A stretch of 64,000 nt of DNA. It comes from a virus. Its lineage: Duplodnaviria; Caudoviricetes. Positions within the stretch are counted from its first letter, which is position 1. Every line of letters starts with the position of its first letter. The stretch is taken from positions 96,001 to 160,000 of the IMG/VR virus record IMGVR_UViG_3300023174_000047; one strand, given 5' to 3'. A program made the translations under genes and the position numbers. Of this stretch, positions 29,453-38,207 are shown one piece after another. Below the pieces are notes generated by a model. That model saw nothing but the letters and a program-made list of their open reading frames with translations, was not told where the DNA came from and did not search any database.

Positions 29453-32427
29453 TAGTTGAAGAAAAGAGTTCCACCCGTATTACGAAAAGATGCATTTGCA
29501 GATGATAATGTTTTAATAGTAGAGAACGACGATAGTGCATATGCAAAGTTGTATGTTGTTGCGACATCATCTGGTGCAAACACACCTACAAGATTATGAT
29601 CAAAAGCAACTTCACCGCCCACCACATTAAACCATGCGGTAAAAATATATGACATGTTGTTTAAATCATAGCCTGTCCAAGATGCAGCAAACTTATCATT
29701 TTGTTGTGCATAGGAAATAACTGCATCTGCAACTCTAACAATGTTGATGCTGCTTAGTGGATTCATAAACAGAGTTGATAACACAGGCACATCAGAGTCT
29801 AAAGGATACATTTTTGTTAATTTATTTGCATCAACATCGTATTTATAAATGGTTGGGTAAATAGTCTTTTGATTGCTCGTGCTGAGAGAGTCCTGCAATG
29901 TAGTTGTCTTGAACGTCCATACATTGTTTTGATGTTCAATGAAGAAAGAATTAGATGCAGTTTCGTATGCACCTGTTGCTGCAACTGTGCTGTTGAATGT
30001 GCCTGGTTTTATAAATGCACCAGAATCATCAACTGCAATTTTGTCAAATACAACATAATCAGGTGTTTTAATGATGATACAATCATAAATTAAGTTAAAA
30101 TCTCGCACAGTAGCAGAATATAACTGACTCTTGACGGCAGCTGGATATTTTGAAAATGTTGCTGATAGTGCTGAAGACAATGCCTGTACTTCATTGGTTG
30201 TAATATTCTTGACAAAGATATTGCCCGCTAAGTGTTTAATTTCTTCAATGTTTTCATCACCAATTGCTGCACTCGGTGCAAGCACAGATGTGCAATTTGG
30301 ATTGACTTGCGCAATATAATTGCCTATGGATTGTGAATAATCATAATCTGGTACACTGTAACAATTATTATTAAAATAATTACTATCAAACACCTGATAT
30401 TTGTTGCTTGAAAGAGCAGGCGCTACAATTGTTGCCGTCAAAGCTGCAACCAATCTCCCAGGCAAAAGAACATTTGTTGCACTCAGGCCTGCATCACATA
30501 AAGTTGCATAATAAACCTTAGAAGAAGTATTCCAGGCATTTAAATCAGATGAAACATCTGGCAGCAGGGAATTGTCTGGTGCCGTAAAATATCCACCATC
30601 TCTTGTGATGCAATTGTATGTTGTTTGAATATTTTCACATGCAAAATAAGGTGTATATTCTCTAAAATAAAGAGTATATTTGCTACCCGTCAAAGCAAAC
30701 ATGCCTGCACTTGCAAAGGTATAACCAGTAGAAAATGTACCACCTGCAGGCGGTATTTCATCAATAGTTTTTGCTGTCAATCCAGTTCTAATGGATCCAA
30801 AATAATCGGATTCTACCACCTCATAATCAAAACCAAACCCCTCCGTTAAATCATTAAAAACATGTCCATCAATGGTAATGCATTTTGAGTTGATATTGTT
30901 GATGTTGTTTTGATTTTGATTGTATCTCCTGATGTCTTTGAGCAGGCCATATTCATTGCCATATACATCTTGTTTGTATTGTGTAAATATACCCTGATCA
31001 AAAATACGCTGCAATTTAGAATTAAAACTTGAAACATTGTGAGTTTCTGCGTTTATATACAAAGGTTCTGAGAAGTATGCAAAGTAATTTTGCAAGTATT
31101 CGTTGCTTTTGATGTACCCATATGCCATGCCTGCATCAAGCTTTTTAATGCTGCCGGAATAATCAATGGCATATTGCAGTGGGTATTCGAGATTGCTAAA
31201 ATAGAAATTGGTTACATTACCATAAATGCTTGGATCTGGAAAAATATATACATAATTGGGCTTGAGATTGATCTGATTAACAAAATAACTTTTGTTAGCC
31301 GCAGCAAACTGAATAACACCCATTTTGTCTGGACGGAAAAACAACCCCAACTGTTTTGCTGTTTGTAACTGATTTTCTGCAACAGATGCTGTTGTAACGA
31401 AGCGTTTATTTACCAAATTCGCACTTGGATTATCTGCTTTAAACAATTGACCTGAAACAAATTGACTCTGTGAATTAGTTGATAGATAATAATAATCTGC
31501 TCCAATATACTTCTGCATTAATCTGCGCTTGAGATCATAGTTTGATGAAAGAGCCTGCGTGTCTGCATTTAGTAAACTTGCAATTGGATCAATGGCACAG
31601 TTGAAGTCAAACAATGTCTTCTCAATGAAGCGCTTGGGGTTAATGAATATACCCATGCCAATCTCCTTGAGATAAAATGGCGTTGAAAATATTTCCTGCA
31701 TTACAGCACCATCAAATCCGAGAAATATATTAGCAGAAATTGCATTCACATTGCTCGTAAAATACTGTTTGCGCAATGCATTTGTAATTTCTAGATCTTC
31801 TGCACTTGCAGAAGGATCCAAATCAAAGTAATTGCTATGTGTATCAAAATAATCAATTACATCAATCTGAAGTGTTTGTGCAATTTGATTGACATCTATT
31901 GCATACGAGCTTTCATCTCGCGATGCATACAAATAATCAATGATGTTTTGAAAAATTGTTTTCTCAATTGAAAAGGTAGTACCTTTGCTCTTGACATGCT
32001 GCACTGTATTTTTAATTGCTTCACGCTTTTTAGCATAAAATAAACAAATTTCTTTGAGCTTGCGTGCATAAAACGGAATTGCAATGGCAAGATCCGAAGC
32101 ATCATCATAATTAAGATTGCTTAAAAAACGTTTTTCATCAGCAGTTGTAAAATTAAGAGCAATATCCTTTAATAAATCTACATAACGCTGCCTAATTACA
32201 TCTGTATTATTTGATGGTGCTTCATTAACAAGTGCATACCACTGCTGCAAATAATTATTATAACCCTCTGTAAATTGTTCTGGTGTTGCAATTTGCTTTG
32301 AATATTTTAAGTATTCAAAGAAAGAAAAGGGCTGAAAATTATCCTTTGTATCTACAGCATCAACAGCGGCGTTGGTTATTGAATAATCAACTGTTGCAGA
32401 ACCAAAGCTTGAAAAATTAGATGGCAT
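29452..32427 (-). CDS. Large baseplate/wedge-like virion protein
   Basis: Helical N-terminus ending in FYAKKREAIK..KSKGT; late promoter at 32434-32439. Confidence 0.5.
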   Translation of the reverse strand: MPSNFSSFGSATVDYSITNAAVDAVDTKDNFQPFSFFEYLKYSKQIATPEQFTEGYNNYLQQWYALVNEAPSNNTDVIRQRYVDLLKDIALNFTTADEKRFLSNLNYDDASDLAIAIPFYARKLKEICLFYAKKREAIKNTVQHVKSKGTTFSIEKTIFQNIIDYLYASRDESSYAIDVNQIAQTLQIDVIDYFDTHSNYFDLDPSASAEDLEITNALRKQYFTSNVNAISANIFLGFDGAVMQEIFSTPFYLKEIGMGIFINPKRFIEKTLFDFNCAIDPIASLLNADTQALSSNYDLKRRLMQKYIGADYYYLSTNSQSQFVSGQLFKADNPSANLVNKRFVTTASVAENQLQTAKQLGLFFRPDKMGVIQFAAANKSYFVNQINLKPNYVYIFPDPSIYGNVTNFYFSNLEYPLQYAIDYSGSIKKLDAGMAYGYIKSNEYLQNYFAYFSEPLYINAETHNVSSFNSKLQRIFDQGIFTQYKQDVYGNEYGLLKDIRRYNQNQNNINNINSKCITIDGHVFNDLTEGFGFDYEVVESDYFGSIRTGLTAKTIDEIPPAGGTFSTGYTFASAGMFALTGSKYTLYFREYTPYFACENIQTTYNCITRDGGYFTAPDNSLLPDVSSDLNAWNTSSKVYYATLCDAGLSATNVLLPGRLVAALTATIVAPALSSNKYQVFDSNYFNNNCYSVPDYDYSQSIGNYIAQVNPNCTSVLAPSAAIGDENIEEIKHLAGNIFVKNITTNEVQALSSALSATFSKYPAAVKSQLYSATVRDFNLIYDCIIIKTPDYVVFDKIAVDDSGAFIKPGTFNSTVAATGAYETASNSFFIEHQNNVWTFKTTTLQDSLSTSNQKTIYPTIYKYDVDANKLTKMYPLDSDVPVLSTLFMNPLSSINIVRVADAVISYAQQNDKFAASWTGYDLNNMSYIFTAWFNVVGGEVAFDHNLVGVFAPDDVATTYNFAYALSSFSTIKTLSSANASFRNTGGTLFFN

Positions 32428-32459
32428 TTATATTATTTACCATGGCTCATGTATATTGG

Positions 32460-32936
32460 TCATTTATTCCAACTTGATATGCATTTATCAAGCTGTTTTT
32501 CCAAAACATTTTCAACAATCTCCATCTCCTCTGGGGAGAGATTCTCAGTAATATTAATTTTATTTTTATTAGGCTTAGGCACATTATATACCTCAACATC
32601 TTTAAATTCAATGATGTTGTCTACAAAGTATGTGTTTGACATGTTAACATCATCACGTTCTTCTACTACTGTAAAGATGATTTCACCTTTAGCAGTACAA
32701 ACACCAGGTCTTGTGTTTAGTTTTACATCAACATTAGTAAATTTTTCACGATATTTTTTGCTGCGCAACAATTGATCCATATCTTCGTGCTGATAATAAT
32801 CCATATCATCATCGTCTGTTTCTTCTTCTGCCTGTTCTACTGAAGCAGAGTGATCAAACTGCTCCACATCCTCTTCATGTCTTTTTTTATGTTCATTAAT
32901 ACTAGCTGCACGTTTAACTAAAAGATCAAATTTCAT
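32460..32936 (-). CDS. Acidic hypothetical late protein
   Basis: TATAAATA 5 nt upstream; N-terminus MKFDLLVKRAASINE. Confidence 0.7.
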   Translation of the reverse strand: MKFDLLVKRAASINEHKKRHEEDVEQFDHSASVEQAEEETDDDDMDYYQHEDMDQLLRSKKYREKFTNVDVKLNTRPGVCTAKGEIIFTVVEERDDVNMSNTYFVDNIIEFKDVEVYNVPKPNKNKINITENLSPEEMEIVENVLEKQLDKCISSWNK

Positions 32937-32940
32937 AGTG

Positions 32941-33399
32941 CTATTTATAATTTACTTTTTGTATTTTAGTCAAAACTTTATATATCCTCATCATTGAGAC
33001 AACTTGTTTTTCAAATTTGCGACACATTCTCTCAGCACGGCATTTATAATAATCATCAGGAGCAATGGTGTTTTCAGACCATTTATATATGTTAAATTGC
33101 AGCCAATGCATCATTTCATGTAAAATTGTAGCAAACAACTCTTTTTGGGTAAAATTATTCTCATTCATTAAGCCACCACACAAAGTAATTGCATTATCAT
33201 AATTATAATACCCATAATGGGAGTTATTTCTTTTGTCTGTGCGAATGGTTATGCTGTGATGTTTTGTATATTTAATATCATCAATAAAATGCGTGTTATA
33301 AAATGATGTAAATGCATTGCTAAACGCTTTTGCATCAAAACTACATATGCTTAGTGCTTTTTTTGCTGCAGCTGATAGTTTAAAATGGAATATTCGCAT
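32941..33399 (-). CDS. HEXXH zinc metallopeptidase-like protein
   Basis: TILHEMMHWLQ with a downstream E in AERMC. Confidence 0.7.
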   Translation of the reverse strand: MRIFHFKLSAAAKKALSICSFDAKAFSNAFTSFYNTHFIDDIKYTKHHSITIRTDKRNNSHYGYYNYDNAITLCGGLMNENNFTQKELFATILHEMMHWLQFNIYKWSENTIAPDDYYKCRAERMCRKFEKQVVSMMRIYKVLTKIQKVNYK

Positions 33400-33442
33400 A
33401 GTCAGAGAATTTAGATATAAATATATTCAAATATTATTTACA

Positions 33443-33847
33443 ATGAGATTCCAAACATTTGAAACATTTTTCGAAACTACATCATCTGATCCAAGTACTC
33501 AAAAAATAGCTAATGATGTTGGCTATGGCAACTCATCACATGTGAGAAACAGTCGCATCACCGGATCAAGCGCTAATCAGCATATGGTTTCACAGAGCAA
33601 TATAAACACACAGAATGCAACAAAAAATAATAAAATTGACAAGGTATCAACTAATCCTGCTGCACAAGAAGTCTTGAATGACATGGATCTTCAAGAAATT
33701 CAAAATACACATGGCATTAATTTGAGTCAAATGCAGGACGATCAACCCAAACAAATAAATTCAAAAATTAATGCCGCAGTTGTAAAATCCAAAGATGCAG
33801 CCGGCAAACCAATGTTCAAATTAATCCATTACAAACCAATTTTATAA
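33443..33847 (+). CDS. Hypothetical late protein
   Basis: Start moved to ATG 33443 (MRFQTFETFFE); TATAAATA at 33416-33423. Confidence 0.65.
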   Translation: MRFQTFETFFETTSSDPSTQKIANDVGYGNSSHVRNSRITGSSANQHMVSQSNINTQNATKNNKIDKVSTNPAAQEVLNDMDLQEIQNTHGINLSQMQDDQPKQINSKINAAVVKSKDAAGKPMFKLIHYKPIL

Positions 33848-34647
33848 TGAGCTATTACTCAGGAGCATATCAAGCACCAACCTGCGGTGTTTTTTATTCA
33901 GGTGCTAACAATGGCAACCTTGATTGCCAGGTAAATGTAAACGATCTTAACAGCAATGCTTCAGAACGCGAAACCATTTCTAATTCTATTCGCGAAGCCA
34001 TCAATAGATTTGGATCAACAGTGGCATATTATGTCAATACATACAATGTAAACAATGCAAACAACATATATGGTGAAAATCCAACTAGTGCATTCTATGG
34101 CCCAACAAACATTGTAATGTATGTTCAGCTGTCAGAAAATTCAGTAACACTTCGTAGATTTGGCTTCGATAGCGGTGATACCATCACAGCATATGTTCAC
34201 ATCAGTTCCTATAGCGCTATATTCTCTCCGTTGAGTGTTTATCCGTCACTCAGCCAAGCCATTGAGCCAAAAGCAGGTGATGTATTCCAGATGATCCAAT
34301 ATGGTGCAACACGCCCTGGTGATCGCAATGGTAAATTCTTTGAAATTACAGAGCGCGTTGATCAAGAAATGGATGATACAAGTATGAATCCATTGGGCGG
34401 ACATTACATGTGGAAGTTGCGCGCTCGACGCCTTGACTTCAGCTTTGAACCAGGATTATCCGGTGAAAAAGGTGCAGCACAAGTATTTGATAATGCTCTC
34501 AATGGTATTCTTTCAGGTGGCAGTGGCACTCAGGCTCCATCTCCGAGCAAGAGTTATCCTGGTAGTGCTGATGCAGAAAGCATCAATATTTTTGACCAAA
34601 GAGTAAATAATACAAGTGTTTATGGAGAGTATGGTTATAACACTTGA
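33847..34647 (+). CDS. 14: Neck/head-closure protein, T4 gp14-like
   Basis: EAINRFGSTVAYY, FGFDSGD, PKAGD.FQ, FFEIT.RVD and LRARRLDFSFE. Confidence 0.75.
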   Translation: MSYYSGAYQAPTCGVFYSGANNGNLDCQVNVNDLNSNASERETISNSIREAINRFGSTVAYYVNTYNVNNANNIYGENPTSAFYGPTNIVMYVQLSENSVTLRRFGFDSGDTITAYVHISSYSAIFSPLSVYPSLSQAIEPKAGDVFQMIQYGATRPGDRNGKFFEITERVDQEMDDTSMNPLGGHYMWKLRARRLDFSFEPGLSGEKGAAQVFDNALNGILSGGSGTQAPSPSKSYPGSADAESINIFDQRVNNTSVYGEYGYNT

Positions 34648-34671
34648 TTTTTATGTTGCACCATCCATAAT
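34644..34671 (+). promoter_or_regulatory. Sigma70-like promoter for the nuclease cassette
   Basis: TTGATT(34644)-16 nt-CATAAT(34666), then 5 nt to ATG 34677. Confidence 0.45.
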
Positions 34672-34676
34672 ATATA

Positions 34677-35390
34677 ATGATTACGTTTGATGAAGCCAAT
34701 CACAAATACCACAATGAGACTGGCCAGGAATATATAAGTGTAACAACTTTTCTAAATACATACAAAAAGCCTTTTGATACTGAGTTGCATGCTTCGCGTG
34801 TGGCAGAAAAAAATAATACCACACCAGAATCAGTTAAAGCAGCTTGGAAAGCATTAACCGTTGAATCACAGGATAAAGGCAAGGCTTATCACAAAGCTAT
34901 GGAAGATTACATCAAATTTGGCGAGATTGATTCAAAATATGAAGATCTCATCAAAAGTCTCAACAAAGCAAGTGAAGGTTTCAAGGCAACTAAAAAGACA
35001 GCAGAAGGTTTATTGTGGAATGATGATGCCCAAATTGCAGGTACTGCAGACCTGGTGCTTGAAAATGACAATGAATTCTTAATTCTTGATTTTAAGACCA
35101 ACAAAAAATTTAAATTCACTAATGATTTTGGTGAAAAATTACTTGCACCTTTAGATTATCTAGACTATTGTGAGTTCAACATTTATTCGTTGCAGTTGTC
35201 CTTGTATGCTTATATGAAGCAACAAACAACAGGAAAACATTGCAAAGGCTTAAAAGTTTTATATCTTACCATAAATAACTACAACAATTCAAAATACTGG
35301 AAAGAAATTCCAATTATTTACAACAAACACACCATAGAAAAACTAGTACAAATACGCAAAGCGTTCTTACAGCATGCAAACACACGATAA
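34677..35390 (+). CDS. PD-(D/E)XK exonuclease (RecB/lambda-exonuclease-like)
   Basis: YISVTT, GKAYH, AGTADL, ILDFKT and YSLQLSLY. Confidence 0.85.
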   Translation: MITFDEANHKYHNETGQEYISVTTFLNTYKKPFDTELHASRVAEKNNTTPESVKAAWKALTVESQDKGKAYHKAMEDYIKFGEIDSKYEDLIKSLNKASEGFKATKKTAEGLLWNDDAQIAGTADLVLENDNEFLILDFKTNKKFKFTNDFGEKLLAPLDYLDYCEFNIYSLQLSLYAYMKQQTTGKHCKGLKVLYLTINNYNNSKYWKEIPIIYNKHTIEKLVQIRKAFLQHANTR

Positions 35391-35793
35391 TGCAAATAGT
35401 CGGTTCTCAAAAACTAAAGTTGAAGAGTTTTGGAGATTGGTTGATAGTATCAAATGGGAAGATGGCCGCAACGCCGAGTCTGTAAAAACAGATTTGATGA
35501 AATTGGTCTCTTCTACAACTGCAGAAACAAACAAGCGTATTGCAGTTTTCTATGCATTGCAATTGGTAGATGCCTTTAGACAGTGGCATGCAAGCACTCA
35601 GGCAACTGAGCGTTATGATGCTGTTGATCTTGAATTTGCAGCAAGCAATGCAGTGGGTGGAGGCAAATTCAACTACAATCAATTCATGGCAGAGCCCCGA
35701 TGCCTTGCTAGTGAATTAAGCAACACATCAATTGAAGATAATTTTCTCAAATGTCTTCCATCAGAAGATGATTATTATGCAGTAGTCTCTTAA
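35374..35793 (+). CDS. Small helical protein, DUF4240-like N-terminus
   Basis: EEFWRLVD motif; overlaps the nuclease gene by 17 nt. Confidence 0.5.
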   Translation: MQTHDNANSRFSKTKVEEFWRLVDSIKWEDGRNAESVKTDLMKLVSSTTAETNKRIAVFYALQLVDAFRQWHASTQATERYDAVDLEFAASNAVGGGKFNYNQFMAEPRCLASELSNTSIEDNFLKCLPSEDDYYAVVS

Positions 35794-35809
35794 CTATAAA
35801 AAAATAAAC

Positions 35810-35844
35810 AAAAAAAGAGCAGCAATAAAGCTGCTCTTTTTTTT
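35810..35844. terminator. Bidirectional intrinsic terminator
   Basis: AAAAAAAGAGCAGC-AATAAA-GCTGCTCTTTTTTT, lying between convergent genes. Confidence 0.9.
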
Positions 35845-35864
35845 AATCTTAATTGCTCTTCTTA

Positions 35865-36662
35865 TTAATCGAAGATTGATTTGCCGGTTGTAAGGTTGCC
35901 TACCTTGTTGTTTTTACCCATGAGAGCCTTGCCTTTGTCACCTAAAGGCTTTGGCTCGGGCTCAACTTTAGCGCCTTTTGCTGATGTATCTGCTTTGCCG
36001 CCTGATTTGCCTGTGACTGTGCTTCTGACTTTGAAACCGCCTTTGCTCATCATTTTGTGACCTCTGTTGCCAACTGGCTTAGGCTCTGGCTTGACTTCGA
36101 TGCTTTCAGGGAATGTATCCTCATCTTCATCTTCATCTTCAAATTCATCTACATCTGCACCGAGATCCTCAGCACCCATTTCTTCATCAGTCATTTCATC
36201 TTCTGCACCACCTTCAAGTTGGCTCATGAGTGCATCGTGCAGTCTTTGTGCAAGTTCACGTGGAAGTGAAATTGTGATTTCTGATTCATCGCCTGCATCG
36301 TCTGAAATATCAATATCAAGAGCATCAATGTCCTGTGTATCTTGGTCCAAATCAGAGGGATTATCCATTACTTCTTCGTATAGAGTGTCAAAAAGAGATT
36401 TCTTTGTCATATGAGTATTTAGGGTCTGTGGCTCTGCTTTTTCAACTCCTAATGAAAATCTTTGTGGGTCATACAAATTATTTTTCTTTGACTTTTTTGA
36501 ATCAAGAGGTGATACGTATCCCGAAGCATTTGCTGGTCCACCGTGATTTTCTACGTCCATGGTTTCAGCACCCATGGTTGGTTTCTTAATTTTAACTGTA
36601 GGAAGTGGTTTACCGCCATGACCTTTTTTGGTTTTGAATTTGACTCTAGTGTTGCGTTGCAT
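35865..36662 (-). CDS. Acidic late protein, possibly prohead core/scaffold
   Basis: Start at 36662 by the TAAATA-5nt rule; long D/E-rich middle; repeated basic KPEPKP.G..G C-terminus. Confidence 0.55.
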   Translation of the reverse strand: MQRNTRVKFKTKKGHGGKPLPTVKIKKPTMGAETMDVENHGGPANASGYVSPLDSKKSKKNNLYDPQRFSLGVEKAEPQTLNTHMTKKSLFDTLYEEVMDNPSDLDQDTQDIDALDIDISDDAGDESEITISLPRELAQRLHDALMSQLEGGAEDEMTDEEMGAEDLGADVDEFEDEDEDEDTFPESIEVKPEPKPVGNRGHKMMSKGGFKVRSTVTGKSGGKADTSAKGAKVEPEPKPLGDKGKALMGKNNKVGNLTTGKSIFD

Positions 36663-36667
36663 GTTTC

Positions 36668-36688
36668 TATTTAATAAGCGTATAAATA
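36668..36688. promoter_or_regulatory. Back-to-back divergent late promoters
   Basis: TATTTA at 36668-36673 (minus strand) and TATAAATA at 36681-36688 (plus strand). Confidence 0.75.
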
Positions 36689-36696
36689 AAAACAGC

Positions 36697-38199
36697 ATGG
36701 CAAACAAAAAAGGCGATTATTATCTCAACAATCCTGCTCTACCCACAAGTAAAGCAGAGTTTGAGTATACATCTGAGATGATTAAAAATATTAAGAAATG
36801 TGAACAAAATTTGCTTTTCTTTGCAGAGAATTATTTTTACATCATAGATCCAGATGAAGGTAGAACCGTAATTAAACTATACAAGTATCAAAAAGATGCA
36901 CTGAGAATGTTGCGAGACAATAGATACAATTTGCTACTTGCAAGTCGTCAAATTGGCAAAGCTCTTGATGTAAATACACCCATCCCCTCACCAGATGGAT
37001 GGAAGACCATGGGCGAACTCAAAGATGGTGATCAAATATATGCAGCAGATGGTAGCATTTGCAATGTAGTAAAAGCACATGATGTGATGCATGATCGCAA
37101 ATGTTACAAAGTTGTTTTTAATAATGGTGAGGAGATTATTGCTGATGCGGATCATTTGTGGTTTACGCAGAGTCGATTGGAGCGACGCGCAAAGCAACAA
37201 GGTACTACAAAAACAACACAACAGTTGTTGAATACTCTTAAGACACATGGTGATGAGCCGAATCATAGAATTCCAGCATGCATTGCTGGTGTTGTAGGCA
37301 AGCACCAGCAATTACCTATGGATCCATATGTATTGGGACTATGGCTTGGAGATGGATGCAGTGATAGCAGATGCATTACAGCTAACAACCTTACAAACAA
37401 TAAACATATTCCTGATGTTTATCTCATGGCTTCAAGAGAGCAAAGATTAGAGCTGCTTAGGGGTCTGATTGATAGTGTTGGATACATGACGAAGTCAGGT
37501 GTTTGTCAGTTTTATAATACAAATCATACACTTGTTGAGCAGACCAAACAACTTGTAGAAAGTTTAGGATATAAAGTAACATCCAAGACCCATGTACCAA
37601 CCTTAAATGGTGTTGAATGCGCTGTTTGTAGCAGCATTACTTTCACTCCCATTGAGCCTCATATAAACAGCTCAAAACATAGAGCACAATGGCACTACAT
37701 CAAAGATATTCAGGAAGTTGAATCAGTTGCTGTTCGATGCATTACTGTTGATAGCAAGGACAATCTCTATTTGTGTGGAAAGCAATACATACCTACACAC
37801 AACACCACCCTGCTAACCATCTATGCATTGTGGATTGCATGTTTCAATCAAGATCAAAACATTATGATTGTTGCTAACAAAGAGAGCACAGCCATTGAAA
37901 TCTTCCGAAGAGTGCGTCTTGCTTATGAACAAATGCCAAACTGGCTCAAGCCTGGTGTTGACGAATATGGCAAGACGAGCATGATGCTCAACAATGGATC
38001 AAGAATTGGTATCAGTACCACAACTGGTTCTGCTGCTCGTGGTACATCTCTAAACTGTGTTAATGGTAATAGCATTATTACGGTTAGAAATAAAACCACG
38101 CAAGAGGTTGAAAATATAACAATTGCTGAGTTGCATCAAAGATTAGAAAAAAATACCTGGAAAACTAATTTAGTGGAAGATTCACCCAGTTTGATATAA
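36697..38199 (+). CDS. 17: Terminase large subunit, N-terminal fragment (cis intein plus N-half of a split intein)
   Basis: FAENYFYIIDPDEG, LYKYQ, SRQIGK|intein|TT, VANKESTA, LPNWLKPG-like MPNWLKPG, and RGTSLN followed by an intein block A. Confidence 0.93.
   Translation: MANKKGDYYLNNPALPTSKAEFEYTSEMIKNIKKCEQNLLFFAENYFYIIDPDEGRTVIKLYKYQKDALRMLRDNRYNLLLASRQIGKALDVNTPIPSPDGWKTMGELKDGDQIYAADGSICNVVKAHDVMHDRKCYKVVFNNGEEIIADADHLWFTQSRLERRAKQQGTTKTTQQLLNTLKTHGDEPNHRIPACIAGVVGKHQQLPMDPYVLGLWLGDGCSDSRCITANNLTNNKHIPDVYLMASREQRLELLRGLIDSVGYMTKSGVCQFYNTNHTLVEQTKQLVESLGYKVTSKTHVPTLNGVECAVCSSITFTPIEPHINSSKHRAQWHYIKDIQEVESVAVRCITVDSKDNLYLCGKQYIPTHNTTLLTIYALWIACFNQDQNIMIVANKESTAIEIFRRVRLAYEQMPNWLKPGVDEYGKTSMMLNNGSRIGISTTTGSAARGTSLNCVNGNSIITVRNKTTQEVENITIAELHQRLEKNTWKTNLVEDSPSLI
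36961..37803 (+). mobile_element. Cis intein (281 aa), class-3 type, with a degenerate LAGLIDADG endonuclease
   Basis: Starts with Ala (ALDVNTPI); block B DADHLW; block F VRCITV; ends PTHN|T; endonuclease remnants LGLWLGDG and LRGLIDSVG. Confidence 0.88.
38056..38196 (+). mobile_element. Split intein N-fragment (47 aa)
   Basis: CVNGNSIITVR...ITIAELHQRL followed by a stop codon. Confidence 0.88.
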
Positions 38200-38207
38200 A
38201 TAAACTG

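Noticed and set aside
12876-33399. Invertible segment explaining the 20-kb minus-strand block
   Set aside because: No flanking inverted repeats or recombinase were seen; the genes carry their own late promoters.
34677-35390. Cas4 assignment for the PD-(D/E)XK nuclease
   Set aside because: The four-Cys Fe-S cluster pattern is absent and there is no CRISPR context.
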